A DNA stretch of 62,345 nt, from the IMG/VR virus record IMGVR_UViG_3300042509_002518, positions 1 to 62,345 of that record, one strand, 5' to 3'. Positions 9,090 through 18,147 of the stretch are shown here, one piece after another. Origin of the DNA: a virus. Lineage: Duplodnaviria > Caudoviricetes. The number at the start of each line of letters is the position of its first letter. The stretch's first letter is position 1. The notes under the pieces were generated by a model. The model saw nothing but the letters and a program-made list of their open reading frames with translations, made no database searches and was not told the DNA's origin. Both the position numbers and the translations under genes were made by a program.

Positions 9090-9450
9090 AGACCAGGCCC
9101 CGGAGCCCCCCTGGCGGCCGAGCTGGAAGCAGCTGGCCCAGATCCCTGATTCCCTGCTGAAGGCCCGCATCCTGCGCGCCCTCGATGTGAAGGTGCCACC
9201 CGAGGGCCGGGCGACGGTGTTCCACGGCGAGGGCTTCCGGCTTGAGGTGGCGCCAGAGAGCGGCTTCTACCTGATGTCCGATGGCATCAGCAGCACCTGG
9301 CTGCCGGATGGCTCCACCGTGCTGCGCACCCTGAAGTGGCCTGCCGGCACACAAACGGGTGATGCAGTCCGGGCCTGGCTGGAGAGCTGGGGCTGGGTGC
9401 CGAAGCAGAAGGCGGGTGCCCCCCAGCCGCCGCCGCCGATGGTGATCTGA
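9076..9450 (+). CDS. Hypothetical protein
   Basis: Stop overlaps the TerL start. Confidence 0.5.
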   Translation: MTTPEDQAPEPPWRPSWKQLAQIPDSLLKARILRALDVKVPPEGRATVFHGEGFRLEVAPESGFYLMSDGISSTWLPDGSTVLRTLKWPAGTQTGDAVRAWLESWGWVPKQKAGAPQPPPPMVI

Positions 9451-11132
9451 TGCCGCCACGCCGCAGCAGCAACCCAGCCGACCTGTTGTTGGCCCATGCC
9501 GCAGAGGCGTACTTCGCGCACGATCCGCTGTCGCTTGCCCTCCACCAGGCCCAGGCCAGTGCTGCGCAATCCAACGCCCCGGCGCCCTATGCCGACACGC
9601 TGGAGGCCTACATCAGGCTGGTGTGCCCCAGCTTCCCGTGGTCGCCCCACACCCACCGGCTGGTGGCCCTGGGCCAGCGGGTGGCCGATGGCGAGATCCG
9701 CCGGCTGATGGTGGAGCTGCCCCCGCGGCACTTCAAGAGCACCATCTTCTCGATCTTCCTGCCCGGCTACTTCCTCCGCCGCTACCCCAACCGCAGCGTG
9801 GGCATCGGCTGTCACACCGCCACCCTGGCGGAGGGCTTCAGCAAGGATGCCCGCGACTACTACAGCGCCTCCGGTGGTGCGCTCTCCCCCGCCTCGAGCG
9901 GGGTGAAGAAGTGGGGCACCGGTGTGGGGATCGGGGAGCTGTGGACCGCAGGCGTCGGCGGCGGTACCGGCAACCCGGGCGACCTGATCATCGTGGACGA
10001 CCCGATCAAGTCCAGGGAGATGGCGGAATCCGCCGCCTGGCGCCGGCAGGTGCATTCCTGGTGGGATTCGGTGCTCTCCACCCGGGAAGAACCCGGCAAC
10101 GCCGTGGTGATCGTCCACACCAGATGGCACAGCCTGGACCTGATCGGCTACCTGCTGCAGAAGAACGAAGAGCTGGAGAAGGAAGGTCTGCAGGCGCAAT
10201 GTGAGCCCTGGCATGTGGTCAGCCTGCCGATCGAGGCGCTGCCGGCGAACGCCATCAAGCCCCTGCCCCGCACCGTCACCCGTGAACGCGACCAGCGGCA
10301 GCCGGGCCAGGCGCTCGATCCATCGCGCTTCGATGAGACCTTCATCGCGCGGAAGAAGGCGAACACCCCCGCCCGCGACTGGGAAGCGCTCTACCAGCAG
10401 AACCCCACCGAGCAGGCCGGCACGGTCTTCACCCGCAGCACCTTCCGGTTCTACGTGCTCCAGGGCGAAGCGCAGGAGCACGGTGATCTGCTGCTGCCGG
10501 CCCACGGCATCCGCCGCATCGCATCGGTGGACGCCACCTTCAAGGACACCGCCGGGGCTGACATGGTGGCGATCGGCCTGTGGCTGCAGACCCAGCAGGG
10601 CATGTTCAGGCTGGATCAGGTGAACAAGCGGATGGGCTTCACCGAAACGCTCGACACGATCCGAGCCCTGCAACCCGTCTGGCAGTTCGGAGAGCTGCTG
10701 ATCGAAGACAAGGCCAACGGCCCGGCCATCATCGACACCTTGAAACGCGAGGCCAGGGGTTACAGCGTCATCGCCGTCAACCCGATGGGTGGTAAGGAAT
10801 CACGTGCAAATGCCGCTGCAGTGCAGTTCCGCCAGGGTCGGGTGATGATTCATCGGCATGCACCGTGGGCAGCGGAGTACATGAACCAGCTGCTGGCATT
10901 CCCCGCTGGCACGTTCGATGACCTGGTGGATGAAACCTCCCAGGTGTTGAACTACTGCGCCGGCACTGGCCCGATGACGGTCACCACAGCAACCTATGGC
11001 TACGGCAGTGCAGCGCTGCCGGCCGTGACGGAACCCGACCGCCACCTGGGGCTGAGCGTGGAAGAGGTGATGCGACTGAAGGCCATGCCAGTCCCTGGTG
11101 CATTCAATCCTGATGAGGAGCAGTACCTGTGA
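9450..11132 (+). CDS. terL: Terminase large subunit
   Basis: PPRHFKS Walker A, LIIVDDP Walker B, TRWH, ALYQQNP, IEDKANG, FPAGTFDDLVD nuclease motifs. Confidence 0.95.
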   Translation: MPPRRSSNPADLLLAHAAEAYFAHDPLSLALHQAQASAAQSNAPAPYADTLEAYIRLVCPSFPWSPHTHRLVALGQRVADGEIRRLMVELPPRHFKSTIFSIFLPGYFLRRYPNRSVGIGCHTATLAEGFSKDARDYYSASGGALSPASSGVKKWGTGVGIGELWTAGVGGGTGNPGDLIIVDDPIKSREMAESAAWRRQVHSWWDSVLSTREEPGNAVVIVHTRWHSLDLIGYLLQKNEELEKEGLQAQCEPWHVVSLPIEALPANAIKPLPRTVTRERDQRQPGQALDPSRFDETFIARKKANTPARDWEALYQQNPTEQAGTVFTRSTFRFYVLQGEAQEHGDLLLPAHGIRRIASVDATFKDTAGADMVAIGLWLQTQQGMFRLDQVNKRMGFTETLDTIRALQPVWQFGELLIEDKANGPAIIDTLKREARGYSVIAVNPMGGKESRANAAAVQFRQGRVMIHRHAPWAAEYMNQLLAFPAGTFDDLVDETSQVLNYCAGTGPMTVTTATYGYGSAALPAVTEPDRHLGLSVEEVMRLKAMPVPGAFNPDEEQYL

Positions 11133-12076
11133 GCACGCCAACGCCAGGAGCGAGCAGCCGCCCGCGGCGCAGCAGAAAGGCACCGGCTGAGGGCCAGCCG
11201 CCTGCGACCGCTCCAGCGATCGATCGGTTCCCGCCGCCCACGGCATGGAGCGAGCAGCTGGCGGCCGACAACCTGCGGCTGGCCGCCAACCGTGCGCGCC
11301 GCCTCCACCGCCTCACGCTGATGCCCTACGACGACCTGCTGATGGTCGCCTGGGTGGGGCTGCTCAAGGCCTGCCGGTACTACGACCCGAAGCGGATCAA
11401 CCCAACCTCCGGGGCGCCCTACCGCCTCTCCACCTGTGCCGTGCCGTTCATTGATGGCGCGATGTGGCAGTGGCTGCGGAAGGTGGGCCACCCGCTCAAG
11501 ATCCCGAACAAGTGGCGGGAGCTGGGCCCGAAGGTGCGGCGGATGGCGGCGATGGGCCGCACGGCGGATCAGATCGAGCAGGAGGTGGGGCTGCCGGCGG
11601 ATGAGGTGCGCGAGCTGATCGCTGCCACCGGACCCACCGCGGCGCTGCGCCAGGACATCGTGAGCGAGTGCAGCGGCAGCGGCGGCATGGCGCTGGATGA
11701 CGATGAGGTGGGCCAGGATCCCGCCAACGGCACCGAGCTGCTCGAGCTGGTGGAGATCGCCCGGCGGGCATGGAGTGAGCTGAACAGCGCGGATCGGCTG
11801 CAGCTGGAGGCCAGCTGGCTGGCGAAGCGCCGGCGGCAGGTGGCCACGCTGCCCCTCGGCCAGTTCCGCGCCAGGGTGCGGCGTGTGGTGGGGCACAGCA
11901 GGGCCCCTGGCGGCACAGAACGCACCGAGCTGGGCTTCGAGGTGGAGACCACCGGCGGCGACACCCCAGGTCGGCCGAGGGGTGCAGTGGAGCAGGAGCA
12001 GGGTGAAGCGGTGGATGCTGCTGCACTCACCGCGAAGGCAGACCAGCTGGGCCTGTTCGATTCGCTCGCCACCTGA
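11129..12076 (+). CDS. Phage sigma factor, group 3 (SigF/SigB-like)
   Basis: DNLRLA...YDDLLMVAWVGLLKACRYYDP...RLSTCAVPFIDGAMWQWLR...LKIP (regions 2.1-2.4/3); region 4 looks degenerate. Confidence 0.85.
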   Translation: MSTPTPGASSRPRRSRKAPAEGQPPATAPAIDRFPPPTAWSEQLAADNLRLAANRARRLHRLTLMPYDDLLMVAWVGLLKACRYYDPKRINPTSGAPYRLSTCAVPFIDGAMWQWLRKVGHPLKIPNKWRELGPKVRRMAAMGRTADQIEQEVGLPADEVRELIAATGPTAALRQDIVSECSGSGGMALDDDEVGQDPANGTELLELVEIARRAWSELNSADRLQLEASWLAKRRRQVATLPLGQFRARVRRVVGHSRAPGGTERTELGFEVETTGGDTPGRPRGAVEQEQGEAVDAAALTAKADQLGLFDSLAT

Positions 12077-12132
12077 TCTGAACCCGTTGCGCGCCAGGGA
12101 AAACCAGGGGCAACAGATAGGGCCAGCGGCGG

Positions 12133-13656
12133 GTGTCAACGAGGGCGCAGGAAACGAGCGGGATTGTCGATCACCCCCAGGGTGACCCGAAGCTGCCGAG
12201 CTACGTGCATCCTGCGCTGAAGGATGTGGCCAGTGATCTGGCGATGGTGGGTGACTGCTGGAACCTGCTGCGCGGTGTCCGGGGAAAGTACCTGCCGAAG
12301 GAGGTGGCTGAACCGGCGAAGGCCTATGAGGGCCGGCTGGCGCGGGCGAAGTTCCCGGCCTTCCTGCGCGATGGCATCCAGGCCTTCAGCGGTGCATTGA
12401 GCCGGTTCGAGGTGTCTGCAGCACCGCCGACCTTTGAGGCAGCACTGGGCAACATCGATGGCGAGGGGCAGGCGCTGAAGTCGCTGCTGATGCGCGCTGA
12501 TCAGGCGGCGATGCGTGATGGTGCCTGCCTGCTGATGGTGGACATGCCGCCGGGCCGTGCTGAAAGCCGTGCGGATGAGCTGGCCCTGGGCCGCCGGCCG
12601 CTGCTGCGCTTTGCGGAGCGGATGATGGTGCGCAACTGGAAGGTGAAGCGCGAAAACGGGATCGAGATCCCGGTGGCCGTCACCGTGCTCGAGTGGCACG
12701 AAGTGGAAGATGGCGACTTCGGGATCACGATGGAGCCCCGCTACCGCGTGATGCGCGGCGGCCAGTGGTGGCTGATGCGGATCAAGGGTGCAAGCGGCAA
12801 CGGCAAGGGCAGCCTGGCCTGGCAGTTCGAGGAATTGGATTTCGGCGTGTTCGAGGATGCCGCCGGCAACCCGCTGCGGTATCCGCCGGTCTGCTGGTAC
12901 AGCGTGAGCCGTGAGGGCTTCGGCCGTGGCGACCTGCCGTTCTATGCCCTGGCAGAAGGCAGCCTCGACTGGTTCCGGGAGTACAGCGACTACAAGGAGC
13001 TGCTGCGCAAGACCGCGATGCCGGTGGCGGTGCGCAAGGGTGCGCCGATGGGCCAGAACGGTGCGCCGGCGCCGCTGGCGATCGGCCCGAACAGCGTGGT
13101 GGACCTGCCGAAGGATGGCAGCTTCGAGTGGGCGGAGGTGAGCGGCAGCAGCCTGGAGCGGCATGAGGCCAACCTGGCGCAGATCGAAGCGCTGATCGAT
13201 CGCCAGACCCTCAGCTTCCTCTTCGGCGGCAGTGGCGACCGCACCGCAACCCATGCCGAACTGGAGAGCGCGCAGCTGCAGGCGACGCTGACCGCGATCG
13301 GGGAGCAGAAGGCCTCGATGATGCAGACCGTGATGGAGCTCTGGGTGGGCTTCACCGGCGAGCGACTGGAGCCTGGCGCCGGCCTGGTGATGGCCAAGGG
13401 TGTGGTGGATCGCCCGGTGGATCCTGAAACCCTGCGCCTTGCGAAGGACCTCTATGACGCCGGCCTGCTGCGGCGGGCCAGCGTGACCGCCCTGGAGGGC
13501 CGTGCGGGCCTGCTGCCGCAGGGTGTGACCCCAGAGGCTGAGGCGCTGGCGCTGGAGATCGAGGATGAGCTACTGAACGGCGAGACGCCCGGGCCGGCGG
13601 ATCCGGCGGTGACGGGCGAGAACGACGGGGAAAACCAGGATCAGCAGACGGGGTGA
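12133..13656 (+). CDS. Portal protein (DUF4055-like)
   Basis: YLPKEVAEPAKAYEGRLARA N-terminal motif; size; follows TerL. Confidence 0.85.
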   Translation: MSTRAQETSGIVDHPQGDPKLPSYVHPALKDVASDLAMVGDCWNLLRGVRGKYLPKEVAEPAKAYEGRLARAKFPAFLRDGIQAFSGALSRFEVSAAPPTFEAALGNIDGEGQALKSLLMRADQAAMRDGACLLMVDMPPGRAESRADELALGRRPLLRFAERMMVRNWKVKRENGIEIPVAVTVLEWHEVEDGDFGITMEPRYRVMRGGQWWLMRIKGASGNGKGSLAWQFEELDFGVFEDAAGNPLRYPPVCWYSVSREGFGRGDLPFYALAEGSLDWFREYSDYKELLRKTAMPVAVRKGAPMGQNGAPAPLAIGPNSVVDLPKDGSFEWAEVSGSSLERHEANLAQIEALIDRQTLSFLFGGSGDRTATHAELESAQLQATLTAIGEQKASMMQTVMELWVGFTGERLEPGAGLVMAKGVVDRPVDPETLRLAKDLYDAGLLRRASVTALEGRAGLLPQGVTPEAEALALEIEDELLNGETPGPADPAVTGENDGENQDQQTG

Positions 13657-13659
13657 TCC

Positions 13660-14382
13660 TTGGCGGGCAAAGGAGGTGGGCGGCGCAGCTATGTGCGGGA
13701 TGCCAGCGGCCGGTTTTCATCCAGCCCTGGCGGTGGTGGCGGGAAGGTCACAGGCGGCAGCCTGAAGGCCAGGACATCAGCGCGACGCAGCAGGGCCAAG
13801 CTGGCCAAACAGGATGCAGGCGATACCAGCCTGAGCGGCACTGCAAGCCGGCGTGCGCAGAAGGCTGCGGTCACCAGAACCGCCAAGGCCTCCAGGGCGG
13901 CGCAGGCCGCCAACCGCGGCAAATTGGCTGGTGGTCGCCCGGCAGGCACGATGAGCGCCAAGCCACGGCCGGCGGTGGCCAGGACCACCGTGATGCCCAG
14001 GTCTGAGCAGCGCGCACCAGGCCAGGGCCCGATGGCGCAGGCCCTGCGCAGCACGTTGCGCAGCCTGGCGCAGCTTGATGCCCAGCGGATCCGGGAGATC
14101 GAGAGCATCACCGGCATGCCGATCCGCCGTACCGCCAGCCCGTCAAAGCCGGCGACCAACAAGCTGCCCGGTAGTGCCGGAGGTGCAGCAGCGGGAGGCA
14201 GCGGCAGGGTGTCGGATGCCCTGCGGGCCAACCTGCGGCAGTTGGCGCAATCGGATGCGCGGATGGTGCGCGAAATGGCTGACCTGGCCAAACCGCCGCC
14301 GCGGTCGCAGCTGCGGGGCACCGGCGGTGGCAGCCAGCGGCAGCTGGGTGGTGGCCGGAAGCGGCGTGGCAAGAAGGCCTGA
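13660..14382 (+). CDS. Basic Arg/Gly-rich protein, RDxxGRF family copy 1
   Basis: SYVRDASGRFSSSPGGGGGKVTGGSL; own upstream motif. Confidence 0.75.
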   Translation: MAGKGGGRRSYVRDASGRFSSSPGGGGGKVTGGSLKARTSARRSRAKLAKQDAGDTSLSGTASRRAQKAAVTRTAKASRAAQAANRGKLAGGRPAGTMSAKPRPAVARTTVMPRSEQRAPGQGPMAQALRSTLRSLAQLDAQRIREIESITGMPIRRTASPSKPATNKLPGSAGGAAAGGSGRVSDALRANLRQLAQSDARMVREMADLAKPPPRSQLRGTGGGSQRQLGGGRKRRGKKA

Positions 14383-15452
14383 TGGCGATCACGATCGGTG
14401 ATCAGCAGCTCCAGCTGGCGGACGACTTCGCCCAGGCCCTCGATGGCCTGGCCGATCGCGCCAGCACCAACACCCGCCGGGCGCTGGTGATCGCCCTGCG
14501 CCGCACGCTGCGTGATCTCCGCCGCTGGTATGGCCAGGCCGTGGATCCAGAGCTGCCGGCAGAACGCAGCGCCGACGGCCAGCTGCGGCGGCCCGGGTCC
14601 TACTCGATCGCAGAATCGTCCCGGAAGCTGCAGGACCTGCAGCGCATCGCCCAGGCCTACTTCAGCGCCAACGAGCTCAAGGCCCTGGAGCAGCGCTACG
14701 CCACCGACCTGGAGCAGGCCACTGCGCTGGGTGATGACCTGGCGCGGCAGCTGCTGCAGACCACAGATCCCGAGGTGGTGGCGCGGTCGCAGTTCGTGGG
14801 CCCCAACCGTGCCGCGATCCGTGCGGCAGCAGCCACCACCTCGGCCTACATCAGGGCGGAGGTGGAATCGTTCCGCGACAACCTCACCCGCATCGTCACC
14901 CAGGGCGTGGCGCGAGGGCAGGGGTACCGCAAGATCGAGCGTGATGTGCGCATCGCCCTGCTGGGTGCCCGTGACCCGAACGGCATCACCCGCAGCCTGG
15001 GGCTGGCGAACCGTGCAGAGCTGATCGCACGCTCTGAGCTGTCCAACGCCTATGTGGGGGCGCAGAAGGCCACCGCTGAGCGGAACGGGATGAAGTACGC
15101 CAGGTGGATCGCGACGAAGGATGAGCGCACCTGCCCGGTGTGCGCCAGCCGCCACGGGAACATCTACCTGTTGGCGGAGATGGTGGGCACGCAACACCCG
15201 CGGTGCCGCTGCAGCCTGGCGCCAGTGGCGACGGAAGCGGTGGAGGAAGCGGACCCGAAGCGGCGGGCCACCCTGCTGCGTGAGGCGTACTGGGAGCGGA
15301 GCCGGGAGGCGATCACACGGGAGTTCGCCGCCGGCAAGGGCTGGCCGTTCGATCGTGCCTCGAAGGTGCTGGGCGATGCGTTGCGGAAACCGAGCCCGAG
15401 CGAGAAGCGGCAGTTCCCTGGGATCGAGACTGCCGCGCTGCCGGTGCTGTGA
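14382..15452 (+). CDS. Minor head / head morphogenesis protein (MuF, SPP1 gp7-like)
   Basis: RAELIARSE...WIATKDERTCPVC...HPRCRC. Confidence 0.9.
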   Translation: MAITIGDQQLQLADDFAQALDGLADRASTNTRRALVIALRRTLRDLRRWYGQAVDPELPAERSADGQLRRPGSYSIAESSRKLQDLQRIAQAYFSANELKALEQRYATDLEQATALGDDLARQLLQTTDPEVVARSQFVGPNRAAIRAAAATTSAYIRAEVESFRDNLTRIVTQGVARGQGYRKIERDVRIALLGARDPNGITRSLGLANRAELIARSELSNAYVGAQKATAERNGMKYARWIATKDERTCPVCASRHGNIYLLAEMVGTQHPRCRCSLAPVATEAVEEADPKRRATLLREAYWERSREAITREFAAGKGWPFDRASKVLGDALRKPSPSEKRQFPGIETAALPVL

Positions 15453-15453
15453 C

Positions 15454-16206
15454 CTACCGCTTGCGGCGTGGCTTGGCGAGGGGCTTGTTCGTGGTGCGGA
15501 TGGCGTTGGCGGGCTTCTGCGGCTGAGCCTTGGCCTTGGGCTTCGGCGCTGGCTTGGGCTTCGATGCTGGCTTCGCTGGCGGCTTGGCCTTGGCGGTGGC
15601 CTGGGCCCTGGCCGGCGCCGGCTGTTGCGGGGCCTGCGGCCGCCGGCCGGTGATTGCCTTCAGGGCCGCCCCGAGCCGTGCGGCAAGCCCTCCACCGCCC
15701 TGCCCCTGGGCCGTGCGCACCACCTTCCGGCCCGGGGTGGCCGTCGGGGCCGGCTTGCTGCTGCGCTGCTGCGCTGCCTTCAGGGCCGCCTCCATCGCAG
15801 CGCTCCGCGGCGGCGGTGGCGGGGCCTTCCTCCCACTGGCGGCCATCTCAGCCTGCTGCCGCTTGCCCTGCAGGTAGCTGAACGCCCGGCCCTGCACCGC
15901 GCTGCGCTGCACCGTGCCCCCGATTGCGCCGGCCTTGCTGGTGGGCGCCAGCTGGCTGCGGACAGCCTGCTGCACGGCCTTGAGCCGATTGGTGGCGCGA
16001 GTGATGGCAGCACGCTGCGCACGCTGCTGCTGCTGCGGGGTGCCGGCCGGTGCGGCGGCGGCCCTGGCCTTGCTGCGCTTCAGCTTGCTGCGTGCCGCGA
16101 GGCTGCCCCCGGTCACCTTCGGTCGGGCACCGCCACCACCGCCGGGGGAGCTGGAGAAGCGACCACCGTTGTCCCTGGTGTAGCTGCTGCGGCGGCGGCC
16201 GGCCAT
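15454..16206 (-). CDS. Basic protein, RDxxGRF family copy 2 (inverted)
   Basis: ATG at 16206: MAGRRRSSYTRDNGGRFSSSPGGGGGARPKVTGGSL; motif at 16235-16242. Confidence 0.75.
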   Translation of the reverse strand: MAGRRRSSYTRDNGGRFSSSPGGGGGARPKVTGGSLAARSKLKRSKARAAAAPAGTPQQQQRAQRAAITRATNRLKAVQQAVRSQLAPTSKAGAIGGTVQRSAVQGRAFSYLQGKRQQAEMAASGRKAPPPPPRSAAMEAALKAAQQRSSKPAPTATPGRKVVRTAQGQGGGGLAARLGAALKAITGRRPQAPQQPAPARAQATAKAKPPAKPASKPKPAPKPKAKAQPQKPANAIRTTNKPLAKPRRKR

Positions 16207-16317
16207 CTGTCTCGCGTGGTGGATCCCTGCCCTCTGTTTTCCCATCCACTGCTGGATGGTTGCCGGCCTGCATCCATGCCTGGACAATGATCGGGACCGC
16301 TTCGGCCGATCCCCGCG

Positions 16318-16557
16318 ATGCCACCAGCCGTTGAGCAGGCCGAGGTGATCGATGAACCGACGCTGGAGCTGTTCCTGGCGTTGCAGGTGGGCTGCCTGCT
16401 GCGCGATCAGGTGGGGGTGCGGCAGTGCCTGCGGCTGGTGGCCACCACGATGGAGGATGCGGCCGGCATCGAGCTGACGCGGCTGCTGAGCAACAGCCTG
16501 GCGCCGGCTGATCGCTTCTGGCTGGGTGGGCTGCTGGGGCCCAGGGCCGCCAGCTGA
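16318..16557 (+). CDS. Hypothetical protein
   Basis: Fills a gap; plausible composition. Confidence 0.5.
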   Translation: MPPAVEQAEVIDEPTLELFLALQVGCLLRDQVGVRQCLRLVATTMEDAAGIELTRLLSNSLAPADRFWLGGLLGPRAAS

Positions 16558-16611
16558 CGCGGGCTGCTGCTCCGGGGAAAACCAGGGGCACGACGTGGTG
16601 ATGCCCAACTG

Positions 16612-17121
16612 ATGGCCCGGACCTACAAGCGAGATTCGAGCGGCCGATTCTCCGGCGGTGGCGGTGGCGGCAAAGGCGGCGGCAGGGCCGGGAAGGCCAG
16701 CGGGAAGGCGAAGACCACCACGGCCCGGGGCCGGGCGCGGACAGCTGAGGCGACGGCCCGGCAGGCAGTGAAGGCCGGCGGCGGTGCCAAGGCCGCCCGC
16801 AGCCTGTTCACCGCTCAGCGGGCCCGCGACTTCTACAAGGCCACCGGTAGCGGCACCAAGCGCAGCGCCGCCAAGGGGGCCACCAAGGGGAGCGCCACAG
16901 TGGCCGCCAAGACACCGGCCAAGGGTGCCGCCAAGGCAAAGCCCGCAAGGATGAGCAAGGCAGCGCCAAACACCGCGAAGGCCAAGTACAAGGCCGCCGC
17001 CAGCAAGGTGCGCGAGCTCAAGATGTACCGCGGTGGCAAAACGGACGCGACCGTGAAGAAGGCCCAGGCAACCGTGAAGCGGATGGAGCGCAGCCGCCGG
17101 TCCTCCCGCGCTCGCGTCTGA
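16612..17121 (+). CDS. Basic Lys/Ala-rich (histone H1-like composition) protein, RDxxGRF family copy 3
   Basis: MARTYKRDSSGRFSGGGG; AAKGATKG repeats. Confidence 0.75.
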   Translation: MARTYKRDSSGRFSGGGGGGKGGGRAGKASGKAKTTTARGRARTAEATARQAVKAGGGAKAARSLFTAQRARDFYKATGSGTKRSAAKGATKGSATVAAKTPAKGAAKAKPARMSKAAPNTAKAKYKAAASKVRELKMYRGGKTDATVKKAQATVKRMERSRRSSRARV

Positions 17122-17150
17122 ACCACGCTCCCACCTGACCACCACCCACG

Positions 17151-17678
17151 ATGGCAGTCCCCACCCTTGACCCGCTCTGGCGGCCGAATGCCACCGGGCC
17201 ATCCCCTGTGGCCACGCAGGATCGCGAGCTGATCCGCACCTACCTCGGCTGGCCGGCCACTGATGCAGCGCTGCAGGGCCTGACGATCGCGATGAACCAG
17301 GTCGCTGGCGTCTCGCCCGCGGCGGTGGCGCAGGTGCAGGCATGGATCAATGAGATCGTGAACCTGGAGGCTGACTACGCCGACCAGGTGGCCGATGGCA
17401 CCGCCCACCTCGGCAACGCGGAGGAATACGAGGGCCCAGTGCCTGGCACCAGCCCGAGCAGGGATGAGCAGCTGCAGGCAGCCAGCAAGCTGACGTGGGA
17501 CACCAGCCTGCTGAAGGCGCGGTATCGGTTCGGGGGAGGTGCTGCAGCGTCCGCGCACGGGCAGCGGCTGGAGCGAATCGGGGTGCTGCGCAGCCGGATC
17601 ATCAGCAGCCTGGGGCTGGATCCAACGGCCTTCACCAGCACCGGCGGCGGTGGTGCGGCGATGCTGCTGCGCAGCTGA
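17151..17678 (+). CDS. Putative virion protein (head-tail adaptor candidate)
   Basis: Position and size only. Confidence 0.45.
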   Translation: MAVPTLDPLWRPNATGPSPVATQDRELIRTYLGWPATDAALQGLTIAMNQVAGVSPAAVAQVQAWINEIVNLEADYADQVADGTAHLGNAEEYEGPVPGTSPSRDEQLQAASKLTWDTSLLKARYRFGGGAAASAHGQRLERIGVLRSRIISSLGLDPTAFTSTGGGGAAMLLRS

Positions 17679-17697
17679 GGGACGGGGCCGGACGCCA

Positions 17698-17782
17698 CAA
17701 AGCCGAAGGCCCCCAGGAGTTCCAGCTCCTGAGGGCCTTGTTGATGGCTGGTTCCAACCGAACCGTGGCCGAAATGACCGTG
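17698..17782 (-). ncRNA. Candidate ~85-nt small RNA
   Basis: Lies between the promoter and the hairpin terminator; no ORF start with RBS seen. Confidence 0.4.
17706..17739. terminator. Hairpin terminator, possibly bidirectional
   Basis: AAGGCCC-CAGGAG/CTCCTG-GGGCCTT stem. Confidence 0.65.
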
Positions 17783-17787
17783 GCCGA

Positions 17788-17816
17788 AATGTACACGCCC
17801 CAGGCAACGGCGTCAA
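17788..17816 (-). promoter_or_regulatory. Sigma70-type promoter TTGACG-N17-TACATT
   Basis: Near-consensus hexamers with 17-bp spacer in a non-coding region. Confidence 0.65.
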
Positions 17817-17818
17817 CA

Positions 17819-17852
17819 GAAAAGGGCCCCCGGTTGGCGCCGGGAGCCCTTC
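17819..17852 (-). terminator. Intrinsic terminator
   Basis: AAGGGCTCCCGG/CCGGGGGCCCTT stem running into TTTTCTGTT on the minus strand. Confidence 0.65.
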
Positions 17853-18147
17853 CTGCAAACCCAGACCCCCGACTGATTGGAACCGGGAAGGGATCTGGAC
17901 TCGAACCGGGCAATCGCCCGGTCTGCGCCGCGCAGGAGACGGCACCATGCAGCGAAGCCCGGACCCCCCGCAAGGGAAGCCCGGGCTCACTGAGAGACAA
18001 CATCAACCCGGAGCCTGCCAGGGCTGCCGGATCGAACCAACGGAGGACGGACCCACCGATGGGAAACCAAACGGCCGAGGCCGGTCGGTTCAATGGAATC
18101 CTATTCCCTGCATCGGAAAACTGCCAGCAGCACGGGCAGCAGGCGGC

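Noticed and set aside
15454-17343. 629-aa minus-strand ORF and many other long overlapping ORFs
   Set aside because: High-GC shadow frames; the real start is most likely 16206, based on the paralog motif and promoter.
17762-17791. CRISPR mini-array
   Set aside because: Two abutting 15-bp repeats with no spacer; no cas operon.
17890-18045. tRNA genes suggested by minus-strand GGTTCGA motifs
   Set aside because: T-stems are poor and no cloverleaf or acceptor stem could be built.
17539-18147. N-terminal extension of the 483-aa ORF
   Set aside because: It crosses terminator hairpins, and both the family motif and promoter point to ATG 18148.
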